A stretch of 31,560 nt of DNA from a bacterium. GTDB lineage: Bacteria > Bacteroidota > Ignavibacteria > UBA10030. The stretch is taken from the NCBI GenBank assembly GCA_043803945.1, contig JAZDJN010000099.1:1-31560 (forward strand), in the 5' to 3' direction. Positions 9,899 through 18,898 of the stretch are shown here, in pieces (the first letter of the stretch is position 1; each line of letters opens with the position of its first letter). The notes below the pieces were generated by a model. That model saw only the letters and a list, made by a program, of their open reading frames with translations. It did not search any database and was not told the DNA's origin. The translations under genes were made by a program, and so were the position numbers.

Positions 9899-10858
9899 TC
9901 ACTTGATCAGATCAAGCTCTTTCTTATCCTTGTAAACAGCTTCATTCAGGTGTCGGTAATAGTGAAAGAAAGTCTCACCAGCCATGTACATGTCGTAAAT
10001 CGCACCAATTGACCAAGCCTCCATCCAGCTACGGAGTTCAGGTTCGTGTTTCATCAAGGAATTAAGACGTGGCATCTCAGCTTCGCGGATAACGATAATT
10101 ACTTTCCGATAGTTAAATTTTCTCGCCTGTGCTAATCGATCTTTAGCTTCTGTGAGATTACCTGAGATTTGAATTTCGATGGCGACCTCCGGATTCTTAC
10201 CAGACAACCATGCTACATCGAGTTCATATGCATGCTCCAGTATAATTTTGTGTCTCGTCTGAGTGTTAAAATCCATCCACGATCCAATTGATTCGAGCAT
10301 CTCACCCAAACGGTCGTGCAACGTTTTGGATTCCAGCGATAAAGCTAATATTAGTTTTTCGTAATCAGCCTCAGACTTCTTTTGCGGCTCTGATTCGCGC
10401 AGTGCAGGTTCAATACGTTGTTTTCTTTCTGCAACGACTTTTCGCATCTCAGATTCTATAAGCTTGAAATCTTCCTCTGGTATTTGTCGAATACTACCCT
10501 GGAAGTATGATCCCCAATATTCCTTCTTTTCGATAAAGGATAGGTTCGGGACAAGTTTCTTAGCATCGATAAGCTCGTCATCTTGAAGGACAATTTCTGG
10601 ATCAGAAGAACGACGAGCCGGCCACATTTCATCGTCCTCTATCCATATTTTTGTGTGATCTTCTATATAGTCTCCAGTTATGATCGCCGTAGCTCCAAAC
10701 TTCTGCAAGGTCATGATGTAGTATACAACCCTATCGCTGATCTGCATTTTCTGGACAGAGTTTCTATAGCGATAAGGAAGACCTTGAATCTTGAAACCAA
10801 TATGCTCACGGTCGTATTTAAAGTTCTCAGGGGATGTGACGACAAGCCAGAAGTTCAT
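9899..10858 (-). CDS. EVE domain fused to a PD-(D/E)xK-like nuclease domain
   Basis: N-terminal FWL..SPEN..MQISDRVVYY..QGSIRQIPEEDF (EVE); C-terminal ELDVAW..AIEIQ. Confidence 0.75.
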   Translation of the reverse strand: MNFWLVVTSPENFKYDREHIGFKIQGLPYRYRNSVQKMQISDRVVYYIMTLQKFGATAIITGDYIEDHTKIWIEDDEMWPARRSSDPEIVLQDDELIDAKKLVPNLSFIEKKEYWGSYFQGSIRQIPEEDFKLIESEMRKVVAERKQRIEPALRESEPQKKSEADYEKLILALSLESKTLHDRLGEMLESIGSWMDFNTQTRHKIILEHAYELDVAWLSGKNPEVAIEIQISGNLTEAKDRLAQARKFNYRKVIIVIREAEMPRLNSLMKHEPELRSWMEAWSIGAIYDMYMAGETFFHYYRHLNEAVYKDKKELDLIK

Positions 10859-10895
10859 TGGAATCCCTTCTATTTATGAGCTGAGGTGTGCTGAC

Positions 10896-11078
10896 GGCTA
10901 AGCAGTTTGAGTGCTTGCGTCGTTGAGTGCCGCCACCACGAAAAATCAATTATTGTGGCGGCACGAAATGGAGCGATTGTCCGCCATGATTCACCTTTTG
11001 GTGGAAGCACAATTGACTACCTTCTTTAGATTTCCTACCGACATAACCGAATGAGCTCACGTACAAGCATGATTAGCT
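10896..11078 (-). other. attC site (~183 bp, cores partly degenerate)
   Basis: GGCTAAG...ATTAGCT ends; TGCTTG/CAAGCA arms; internal sequence shared with the attC at 16922-17187. Confidence 0.7.
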
Positions 11079-11096
11079 GCAGTTGCCTGACCATAA

Positions 11097-11888
11097 TCAG
11101 AAATAGAATGAAAGATTAGGGTCGGTGTCATCGTGAGGTATGTCAAAGTTAAGCTGTTCATTTATTTTCAAACCGTCTTTGGTAAACGCGATTGACGAAA
11201 GAGTCTGGTTGACTCCGGGATGAATACCGGCAACGGGTAACACGCCTGCAACAAATTTTACCAGAAGTTTGTAGAACTCGAAACGTCCGTTCAGGGAGTT
11301 CTGGGGAAAAGAGATATTGAAACCTGCTCGGAGTGTCTTCGAGTAGTCAAGAATGTTGTCGAACAATGGCCCGAACAATGGATGATAACCATTCCTGAGG
11401 TGGAGGAATTCAAAGTTTAGAAAATAATTATATGAGTATTCACTCCACTTCTGATCATCGGGATAGTCTTTGTATAACCGAAGTTCGTGAGCAGGCTCGT
11501 TGTTGTGGCCGCAATGGACATGAAATAAAACTGGAAGGTCGTCCCGAAAACCTCCGAGGTGAAATCCACAGACAAGATCCTTCCAAGGTTTACCTGATCT
11601 CTCGAGAAATGGGTTTAGTTCTTTAGCAAGTCGATTGCCGATTGTTTCAACGGAATCTCCAGTGTTAATTGACTGGTCGGCAAATGTCGCAATCCAATTG
11701 TCAAGTCTCTGATCGCCGACACGGGCCTGGCCCCACATACCAATCCCAACATTTACCTTGGCAAAATATTGTACCTTAACAGCGCCCGAAATGACCTCGG
11801 GTGGATCAACCCCACGCTTTCGTGTTACAGCAGAATCACCGACCATTATAACACCGTGTCGAGATATATCGCTAACGACTAAAGTCAT
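11097..11888 (-). CDS. hypothetical protein, Ntn-hydrolase/proteasome-beta-like
   Basis: starts M-T-LVV..HGVIMVGDSAVT..K..GIGMWG, the N-terminal Thr/DS/K pattern. Confidence 0.6.
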   Translation of the reverse strand: MTLVVSDISRHGVIMVGDSAVTRKRGVDPPEVISGAVKVQYFAKVNVGIGMWGQARVGDQRLDNWIATFADQSINTGDSVETIGNRLAKELNPFLERSGKPWKDLVCGFHLGGFRDDLPVLFHVHCGHNNEPAHELRLYKDYPDDQKWSEYSYNYFLNFEFLHLRNGYHPLFGPLFDNILDYSKTLRAGFNISFPQNSLNGRFEFYKLLVKFVAGVLPVAGIHPGVNQTLSSIAFTKDGLKINEQLNFDIPHDDTDPNLSFYF

Positions 11889-11913
11889 TGGAATTCCTTT
11901 CAAGGGCAATGGC

Positions 11914-12044
11914 AGTTAACGTTCAAGCAAGAACGTAGTGCCGCCACGAGCCATGAAAGACAAATTTCTCCTGCGAAGTGGCGGCATTGAGTGAGCACTA
12001 TAATCATTCTAAAAGAGCGAACTCCGTGGTTGCGATTGTTAGCT
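11914..12044 (-). other. attC site (131 bp)
   Basis: AGTTAAC...GTTAGCT; internal tgccgccac/gtggcggca stem. Confidence 0.8.
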
Positions 12045-12066
12045 GGCGTTGACACGGGAAATATTA

Positions 12067-12279
12067 TTATTCTTTCGTGCTACTCGTTATTGTGTACGTG
12101 TATCCGTATTTCCAACCCTCGCCTCCAGTTCCACCTTTGTAACCAGGTTTTGAGAGCATATCCTTTTCCCAATCACGCGCTTCTTTCTCTGTTGAGAACG
12201 CTCTTTGCCACCAGTCAGAAGGATTTCCGTGTGCTTGCTTACGGCTTACTGAGTCATCTGTTAGTCCAACGTACTTCAT
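12067..12279 (-). CDS. small hypothetical protein (GIY-YIG-like YVGxT..R..H start)
   Basis: 70 aa, AAGGAG RBS, ends just before attC. Confidence 0.7.
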   Translation of the reverse strand: MKYVGLTDDSVSRKQAHGNPSDWWQRAFSTEKEARDWEKDMLSKPGYKGGTGGEGWKYGYTYTITSSTKE

Positions 12280-12299
12280 AGAAACTCCTTTAGTATTGG

Positions 12300-12539
12300 T
12301 TATGAAATTAGTGCAGCATTGACAAACTCATTCTCTTCTTTGTTATGCAAGACGTAAGGGAACATCGGATCATCGCTATTCTCAGATACAACTATTGTAG
12401 CGGTAGGTATCCAAATGCAAACGTCAGGAATATAAAATGGCGAGACCCATCATCGGGAACCATCGTCTGTAACGATTTCTTCGCCATCTTTCAGGATCTC
12501 AAGTAGCATAACTTCTCGAGAGTATTTTGGTTTGTCCAT
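12300..12539 (-). pseudogene. 80-codon cassette ORF with an in-frame TGA
   Basis: MDKPKYSREVMLLEILKDGEEIVTDDGSR*WVSPFYIPDVCIWIPTATIV..LIS*; TGA at 12450-12452. Confidence 0.65.
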
Positions 12540-12591
12540 AAATTTGCTTCCCTCAATACATAGACGATTTCGATTACCGAGTGCTAATGCC

Positions 12592-12665
12592 AGCTAACTT
12601 TTTTGTAAAAACGCATTTCGCATATTACTATATCAATGTTCGCATAGACGCAATGCGTATATTTT
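12592..12665 (-). other. attI-like site #2
   Basis: minus strand AATGCGTTTTTACAAAAAA-GTTAGCT; no attC palindrome; homologous to 18560-18632. Confidence 0.65.
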
Positions 12666-12677
12666 ACACATAAACAC

Positions 12678-12713
12678 AAAAACCTCCTTCATCGCTCGCA
12701 CGAATCCAGAGGT
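12678..12713 (-). terminator. conserved hairpin plus U-tract (platform hairpin)
   Basis: ACCTCTGGATTCG..CGATGAAGGAGGT-TTTT. Confidence 0.5.
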
Positions 12714-12802
12714 TTCTCTTCTCCGCTACCAACTTCACCTGCCTGTGTGTTCACTCGCGGATACCTTTGTAAATTAAACTCCTGCAGAATAAATAGCACT
12801 AC

Positions 12803-14896
12803 TCACTTCGTCAACAACATTTTCCGCGCGGCTCGATACTCTCCTGCTATAAGCGTATAAAGATAGACCCCGCTCGGTAGGTTATTACCGTTGAAGCTCA
12901 CCTCATAGTATCCAGCCTTCTGTTCGGTATCGACAAGTGACATTAGCTTTCGTCCCAACATATCAAAAACCTGTAGCTGCACCCTCACCCCCTTTGGTAT
13001 CGCATATCGGATAATGGAGGCGGGATTAAACGGATTGGGATAGTTTTGAAATAGTACATATTGCTCCGGTATGGATTCTTTTTGTCTAATCCAAGTTGCA
13101 CCATCCGAAGTTGATTTGAGAATTGTTCCATATTGTCCAACTATCCACCCGGTGGTTGGTGAAACGAAATGCACTTTATTAAGATCAAACATAGCTGTAG
13201 ACCAAGTTCCGACCCAGTTGGAACCTCCATTTGTCGTGTTCATAATTTGGCCTCCTAATCCAACGGCGATTCCTTTGTTCGTATCAAAGAAAAATACCGA
13301 ATAAGCAAAATCAGAAATTTGTTTGACCCATGACGTGCCGCCGTTAGTTGTTTTCCAAATACCCGAACCTCCGACAAAGCCAACATCACTATTTACAAAA
13401 TAAACACAATTGCCCTTCGGTGAACCAGTTAATAAAGTCCACGTTACCCCAGCATCAGTCGTTTTGTACGTGGCAGAATTAAAACCGGTACAATAACCTA
13501 CCGTTGAACTGACAAAGAAGACAGAATTACAATCATAATCTGCAACCTTTGACCAGGTGGTTCCTCCATTTGTGGTTCTACTGATGCTCATATAATTAGC
13601 CGATATTCCAACATTCGAGCTTAAGAAAGTAAGCGCTCTTGACGTATAAGAATTTGATTGCTGGGTCCAGGTATCTCCACCGTTTGTGGTTTTATTAATT
13701 ACCCCTTCCCCTCCGATCCAACCTGTGCTTGCATCGATAAAATACACTGACTTCATCGACGGATATTCACCACTTTGTTTCTTCAGCCAGGTTGTACCTC
13801 CATCTGTGGTTTTATATACAACTCCATCATAATTACCCACTCCGCCGACGATATATCCCGTATTTGAATCAATAAAATGAGAAGAATTTATATGAGATGT
13901 GAAACCACTACTTATCGATGACCAATTAAGCCCCCCATTTGTTGTTTTCATTATTCCACCAACTTCGCCAACGGCAATCCCGGTGTTTGCATCCATAAAA
14001 GTAACTGCGTTCAACTGATAAAATAATCCAGCAGAAATCTCAGTCCATGAAGTCCCGCCATTTGTCGTTCGGTAAACATGTCCTGTAGTACGTGAGGATC
14101 CCCATTCTCCACCTACAACAATTCCGGTATTACCATCTTTGAAAAAGGCACCATATAAACTAACAGAAGTGGATGGGAACGTAATTTTTGTCCACGATAC
14201 TCCTCCGTTATTCGATTTGAAGAATGTACCATATTGTCCGACAGAAAAACCATTATTAGCATCTATGAAGTGAATATTGTAATGCTTCCCTGTAAATGTA
14301 CCGGAAGAAATCCACGTGCTGCCATCTGTTGTTCTCGCAATAAGGAAGTCACCTGCAATCCATCCTGTGGTGGCATTAATGAAATAAATCGAAGAGATAG
14401 TACCTATTCCGGTTCCCAAACTTTGTTTTGTCCAATTTGCTCCACCATTTGTTGTTTTATAGAGCTCACCATTATTCCCTCCAACATAACCGATATTTGC
14501 ATCAACAAAGAAAATAGCATTCATATCCCTGTTTATACCGAGACTCTGCAACTGCCATGTATTGCCCCCGTCAACTGTTTTGAAAATAGAGTAATCACCA
14601 ACAATCCAGCCGGAATTTTCATTAATAAATGAAATTGAACTTAGTGGATTAGTTGTCTCTCCTACTACGCCAGGATTCTTGGGAGATGGCAATTTGGCCC
14701 ATGTGGAACCACCATTTGTGGATTTCAGAACTGTACCGTTATCTCCAACAGCTAAGACAAATGTCGAAGTTATATATTTAACTGCCTTTAGGTTGCTATT
14801 CTGCGGTAATGGATTTTGCCAGAACCAACCGCTTTGAGAAAAAAGACTTGAAGAGAAAACTATAAAGGTGCAGAATAAAAGAATCTGATTTTTCAT
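12803..14896 (-). CDS. secreted BNR/YCF48-like beta-propeller with a C-terminal sorting (T9SS-type) domain
   Basis: signal peptide, many (S/T)T(N/D)GG.TW repeats, QNYPNPFNP...LPSGVY. Confidence 0.9.
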   Translation of the reverse strand: MKNQILLFCTFIVFSSSLFSQSGWFWQNPLPQNSNLKAVKYITSTFVLAVGDNGTVLKSTNGGSTWAKLPSPKNPGVVGETTNPLSSISFINENSGWIVGDYSIFKTVDGGNTWQLQSLGINRDMNAIFFVDANIGYVGGNNGELYKTTNGGANWTKQSLGTGIGTISSIYFINATTGWIAGDFLIARTTDGSTWISSGTFTGKHYNIHFIDANNGFSVGQYGTFFKSNNGGVSWTKITFPSTSVSLYGAFFKDGNTGIVVGGEWGSSRTTGHVYRTTNGGTSWTEISAGLFYQLNAVTFMDANTGIAVGEVGGIMKTTNGGLNWSSISSGFTSHINSSHFIDSNTGYIVGGVGNYDGVVYKTTDGGTTWLKKQSGEYPSMKSVYFIDASTGWIGGEGVINKTTNGGDTWTQQSNSYTSRALTFLSSNVGISANYMSISRTTNGGTTWSKVADYDCNSVFFVSSTVGYCTGFNSATYKTTDAGVTWTLLTGSPKGNCVYFVNSDVGFVGGSGIWKTTNGGTSWVKQISDFAYSVFFFDTNKGIAVGLGGQIMNTTNGGSNWVGTWSTAMFDLNKVHFVSPTTGWIVGQYGTILKSTSDGATWIRQKESIPEQYVLFQNYPNPFNPASIIRYAIPKGVRVQLQVFDMLGRKLMSLVDTEQKAGYYEVSFNGNNLPSGVYLYTLIAGEYRAARKMLLTK

Positions 14897-14933
14897 CTGT
14901 GTCTCCTTTCATGAAATAGTGAAGAGCAATTGC

Positions 14934-15071
14934 AACTTACGTGTCAGGCTAAACGCAAGTGCTGAGTAACGCGAAACTATCTTATCTTGTCTTTCCCTTG
15001 CACGAAGCACTTGAGGGTGCACTATAGTAGATCGTAAAGTAAAGCGCCCGTCGATTAGCCGTTTGTTATGT
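14934..15071 (-). other. attC site (138 bp)
   Basis: AACTTAC...GTTATGT; GGCTAA/TTAGCC arms. Confidence 0.75.
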
Positions 15072-15482
15072 GGCTGTGGACGCCAGCAGGTGTAATACTC
15101 GTTGTAGATAATTTCTATTTCGTTGGACGAGCACATCGCTGGATATACACAGCCCGATAACGTTTAATTGTTGATTAGATTACCAAATACAGATGGCAGA
15201 CTTCTTCACCCGCTGGGAGGTCCGAAGTCACGAAGTGATGGCATTCCCAGACTCGACTCCCCGAAGGGGTCCTTCGGACCGGCGAGGAGCTCCAACTCCC
15301 TGCCATAGCGCAACACTAGTTTTTTTCGCATACTAAGTGTTTGTTAGTCATCAAAGTAAGAAGCTCACTGGATATTGATTGATAACCTGCATAAAAGTGA
15401 GAAACGAGAATGAAATCAAAGTATACAATCATCTATAGCACACACGCTATCAATTTTCTAGGAAGAGCTATACCAGCGAACC

Positions 15483-16634
15483 TCAGTCCCTCCAGTTTGG
15501 ACCTATCTTTATAAGCTTTGTGAAGCTCCAGAGCTTCGAGTTGGTAAGGCTGTGATAGACGTCCATTTGCATAGTCGTACCATCCAGTACTACCACTCCA
15601 AACCCATGCGCCGGCTGATCCGTGCCAGCTTCCGGTAACACATAGTTATCAAAATATACCTCCCGGCTATTTTTATCTTTTCCAGCAGCAACCTTATTAT
15701 TATCTATGAGATGTAAATGCCCGGTGAAAATACCGAGAACATTATATGGATTTGCTACTGCGCTCGAGCTCAGTACACGATGATGATAACGCCGGCAGAG
15801 GATATCAAGCAGCAGCTGCCTCATGGTGTCGTTCCACCACCTGGCACTACCGTCGTCATCGAGTTCCGTACTGAACCAGTCCCATCCATAGTGCTGCAAA
15901 ATGAACACACCGTTTCCGGAGTCACCTATACTGTCTCTCAGAAACGCATCCACCCAATTGATTCTATCCCAATCTATGTCTGTCTTGCTTACCGCGTTAC
16001 GGCCGCCAGCCCACAAGCCAAGCGATAGGAAGTAATAATTCCCCCAGCGCCAGGCGTAAGTGGTTGTGTCATACGATGTGATATTCGGCGCACCGATGAT
16101 CCGTTTTTGCAGATATTGAGGCGCATCGCCATTACTTGGAAAAGAATTGTTTGTAGAATTTGATACATCATGATTGCCTATATTTGGAAACAAAGGAAAT
16201 TTGATACGATGCGAAACAGGAGTGGTTGACAGGTCGTCTTCATAATAATCGCGGAAATCATTTATGTGATAATGGACAGAATCACCACCTTGCAGCATAT
16301 CACCCATATGGAGTACACCGAGAATGTTAAAATCCTGTCCACGATCATTTACGTGTCGAACTGTTTCATCATTGGCATTTGCTGACCGACCGATATGCGT
16401 ATCGGTGATTATGCCGAAGGCGATTCTCATGGGGTCTGCCGGCACATGAACTTTAATCTTATTCGGTGTGTGTGGAGGCGTCGCCCTGGGTGGCGTAGCA
16501 TCTCCAGGTGGCTCCGAACTTGGATTCTCAACACGACAGGCGATAGGCATTATCAATGAAAGAATAGCCAATATTATGCTGGCAAATTTAAGTAGGTCCT
16601 GATTGCTGACCAATTTTCGGCGATGATCTATCAT
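15483..16634 (-). CDS. calcineurin-like metallophosphoesterase, probable lipoprotein
   Basis: TDTH, MGDM, GNHD, QHYG, GHLH motifs; hydrophobic leader ending in PIAC; RBS AAAGGAG before ATG 16634. Confidence 0.85.
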   Translation of the reverse strand: MIDHRRKLVSNQDLLKFASIILAILSLIMPIACRVENPSSEPPGDATPPRATPPHTPNKIKVHVPADPMRIAFGIITDTHIGRSANANDETVRHVNDRGQDFNILGVLHMGDMLQGGDSVHYHINDFRDYYEDDLSTTPVSHRIKFPLFPNIGNHDVSNSTNNSFPSNGDAPQYLQKRIIGAPNITSYDTTTYAWRWGNYYFLSLGLWAGGRNAVSKTDIDWDRINWVDAFLRDSIGDSGNGVFILQHYGWDWFSTELDDDGSARWWNDTMRQLLLDILCRRYHHRVLSSSAVANPYNVLGIFTGHLHLIDNNKVAAGKDKNSREVYFDNYVLPEAGTDQPAHGFGVVVLDGTTMQMDVYHSLTNSKLWSFTKLIKIGPNWRD

Positions 16635-16921
16635 ATTGTCATCTCCTTTTGTGACACTCCAGTAATATTTAATCAATGAAGTTACGCAGATGATATAACC
16701 ATAAGTGAAATACGGTGGCATATTAGTCTGCCACGAAACGACTAATGTTTCAACCGGTTTTATTCACTTATGTGAATGCAATCTGTTAAAAGTGATTCGC
16801 TCATACTCCTGGCAGTGGATCGCATCCGTAGAATCCATTGCTCAGATCAACTTGCGTAACTTCAGTACCTAACAAATCTTTTGTAGACTTGCACTACTAC
16901 GTGCCTGCTGGCGGACATGCC

Positions 16922-17187
16922 ACATAACGTTTGAGTGTTTGCGCTTGCCCCGAACTTGTCCCGATGCATTGTATCGGGATGTTATTTATCGGGGCCGTTC
17001 AGTGCCGCCACTGCAACGATCCATTACTATGGCGGTATGAAATGGAGCGCTTGTCCGCCATGACTCACCTTTTGGTGGAAGCGCAATTGACAAACCATTA
17101 TTTAGGTTCTTATTCGACATAACCAAACGAGCGAGCCTGCCCACCGAAACAGAGTGCAGGTGGGCGTCGCAAGCACGATTGTTAGGT
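16922..17187 (-). other. attC site, unusually long (266 bp), with nested palindromes
   Basis: ACATAAC...GTTAGGT; GTGTTTGCG/CGCAAGCAC arms. Confidence 0.75.
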
Positions 17188-17244
17188 GGTCGTGCCCCGC
17201 CGTAGGAAGCAAATATGTTCTGCAAGAGTTGGTTGCCAAGCGCA

Positions 17245-17709
17245 CTAGTGTGGACCTCCGATCGCTGAGAGAGACTTATTAGTTCTTCTCTTGTTGAGAT
17301 AACCGAACACGGCACCGAAACCTAGGAATCCAACCAACTGATAGAGTATCCAGAATACCTGATCGGGAACATTGACTGAACCGTAGACAAGAGGATGCGA
17401 CAAATTCCACAGCGTTGTGAGCAACCAGAACGAGAATGCATATTTCATACCATCGATGACTCCGGTCAACCTCCTCGAAAGCGGTAGTATTTCGTAGGCA
17501 AAGACGAACAGAATGCCGAAGAGCCAGCCGATAAGTAATTTCGTCCAGATGAAGTAGAATGCGTTTAACTGTTCAGCACTAAACTTGCCAGGTGGAGCGA
17601 ACTGTGGGCCGTAGACAATCCTTGAGAGTATCGCCCCTCCAACGAACAGGAAGATTCCAAAAGCAAGTCCTGAAATTGTTCCGTCAATAGCGACCTTCTT
17701 GAGTTGCAT
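17245..17709 (-). CDS. membrane protein (~4 TM), cassette paralog 2
   Basis: hydrophobic segments; 28 differences in 154 aa from 18007-18471 by manual count. Confidence 0.8.
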   Translation of the reverse strand: MQLKKVAIDGTISGLAFGIFLFVGGAILSRIVYGPQFAPPGKFSAEQLNAFYFIWTKLLIGWLFGILFVFAYEILPLSRRLTGVIDGMKYAFSFWLLTTLWNLSHPLVYGSVNVPDQVFWILYQLVGFLGFGAVFGYLNKRRTNKSLSAIGGPH

Positions 17710-17797
17710 GAAAGGATCTCCTTTCAAATAAAAATGATTTGTGGCAGTGTGTCTGATGCCGAAAGAACTAGTCTGCTACCATGCGGCGGGGCATGCC

Positions 17798-17951
17798 GCC
17801 TAACGTTTAGGCAAACCGCCGTTGCGAGCCGCCACTATGACTGATCCAATTTCGTGGCGGCGAGCAATGGAGCGAGCTCTTTACATTGAGCCAATCTGAG
17901 CTTCGACATTGCCTATCAAATGTGCGAGCGTCGGTTTGCCGATTGTTAGGC
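17798..17951 (-). other. attC site (154 bp)
   Basis: GCCTAAC...GTTAGGC perfect cores; GGCAAACCG/CGGTTTGCC arms. Confidence 0.85.
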
Positions 17952-18006
17952 GGTCGTGCCCCGCCGCAGAGAAAAAAGTAATGTGTAAGAGTTGGTTGCG
18001 TATGCA

Positions 18007-18471
18007 TTAGTGTAAACCTTCTGTCGTTGGGAGGACCTTTTGAGCCCTTCTCTTGTACAGATAACCCAGCACAGCACCAAAACCTAGGAAGCCAACCAAC
18101 TGATAGAGTATCCAGAATATCTGATCAGGGACATTGACTGAGCCGTAGACCAGAGGGTGAGACAGATCCCAGAGCGTGATGAGCAACCAGAATGAGAGTG
18201 CGTATTTCATTCCGTGGATTGCTCCGCTCAACCTCCTCGATAACGGTAGAACCTCGTATGCTACGGCAAACAGAATACCGAAAAGCCAACCGATTAATAA
18301 TTTCGTCCAGATAAAGTAGAATGCATTCAATTGTTCGGGAGTGAACTTGCCTGGAGGTGCGAATTGCGGTCCATAGATAATCCGTGACAGCACCGCGCCT
18401 CCGAAAAACAGGAAGCAACCCATAGCGAGTCCTGCAATTGTCCCGTCTATGGCGACTTTCTTGAGTTGCAT
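18007..18471 (-). CDS. membrane protein (~4 TM), cassette paralog 1
   Basis: AAAGGAGG RBS; first cassette after the attI-like site. Confidence 0.8.
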   Translation of the reverse strand: MQLKKVAIDGTIAGLAMGCFLFFGGAVLSRIIYGPQFAPPGKFTPEQLNAFYFIWTKLLIGWLFGILFAVAYEVLPLSRRLSGAIHGMKYALSFWLLITLWDLSHPLVYGSVNVPDQIFWILYQLVGFLGFGAVLGYLYKRRAQKVLPTTEGLH

Positions 18472-18559
18472 GAAAAGACCTCCTTTCAAATAACCATGAT
18501 TTGTTGTAGAGAGCCCGTTGGCTGAAGAACTAGTGCGCCACCGTACGGCGGGGCATGCC

Positions 18560-18632
18560 GCCTAACATTCATGTAACAACGCATTGCGTTTATTCCATCT
18601 AAATCGTGATGAAATATGCAATGCGCATATTT
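18560..18632 (-). other. attI-like site #1
   Basis: minus strand AACGCAATGCGTTGTTACATGAAT-GTTAGGC with an upstream GCGCATTGC repeat. Confidence 0.65.
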
Positions 18633-18645
18633 CGCTTAAAGACAC

Positions 18646-18681
18646 AAAACCTCCTTAATCACGCATCGCGAATCCAGAGGT
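18646..18681 (-). terminator. conserved hairpin plus U-tract (platform hairpin)
   Basis: ACCTCTGGATTCGCG..GATTAAGGAGGT-TTTG. Confidence 0.5.
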
Positions 18682-18707
18682 CTTTCTTTCACTGGAAATA
18701 TTTTCAA

Positions 18708-18825
18708 GAGTTGCACGGTTTACTCCTTCGGAAGTACACTTAATCCTTCCCCCTGGAATGCCCCAGCACGGTACTTAAGGGATAACTGTTGGTGAAAAGG
18801 TAGATATGTTTAGCAGTATAGTCAA
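18708..18825 (-). promoter_or_regulatory. sigma70 promoter plus conserved ~75-nt leader, copy 1 (candidate Pc)
   Basis: TTGACT (18825-18820)-17 bp-TACCTT (18802-18797), then the conserved leader. Confidence 0.7.
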
Positions 18826-18862
18826 CAACACAAATCTACCAACAACAAATAGACTTATTGAT

Positions 18863-18898
18863 AAAAACCTCCTTCATCGCCAAAGCGAATTCAGAGGT
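18863..18898 (-). terminator. conserved hairpin plus U-tract (platform hairpin)
   Basis: ACCTCTGAATTCGCTTTGGCGATGAAGGAGGT-TTTT. Confidence 0.5.

Larger units (their letters stand above)
8656..18566 (-). mobile_element. integron gene-cassette array(s) without an integrase in the window (CALIN-like)
   Basis: co-oriented unrelated ORFs separated by imperfect palindromes bounded by RYYYAAC/GTTRRRY; the core and inverse core of single cassettes match over 9-10 bp. Confidence 0.85.

Noticed and set aside
12450-12452. Selenocysteine TGA
   Set aside because: No redox motif context or evident SECIS hairpin; a point nonsense mutation is simpler.
16931-18007. Short ORFs over the attC sites (16931-17122, 16986-17315, 17807-18007; also 14909-15136)
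   Set aside because: They are translations of palindromic recombination sites.
18708-18782. Glycine riboswitch (CCGAAGGAGTAA resembles CCGAAGGAGCAA)
   Set aside because: The GGAGA and CTCTCAGG elements are absent and the downstream genes are unrelated to glycine.
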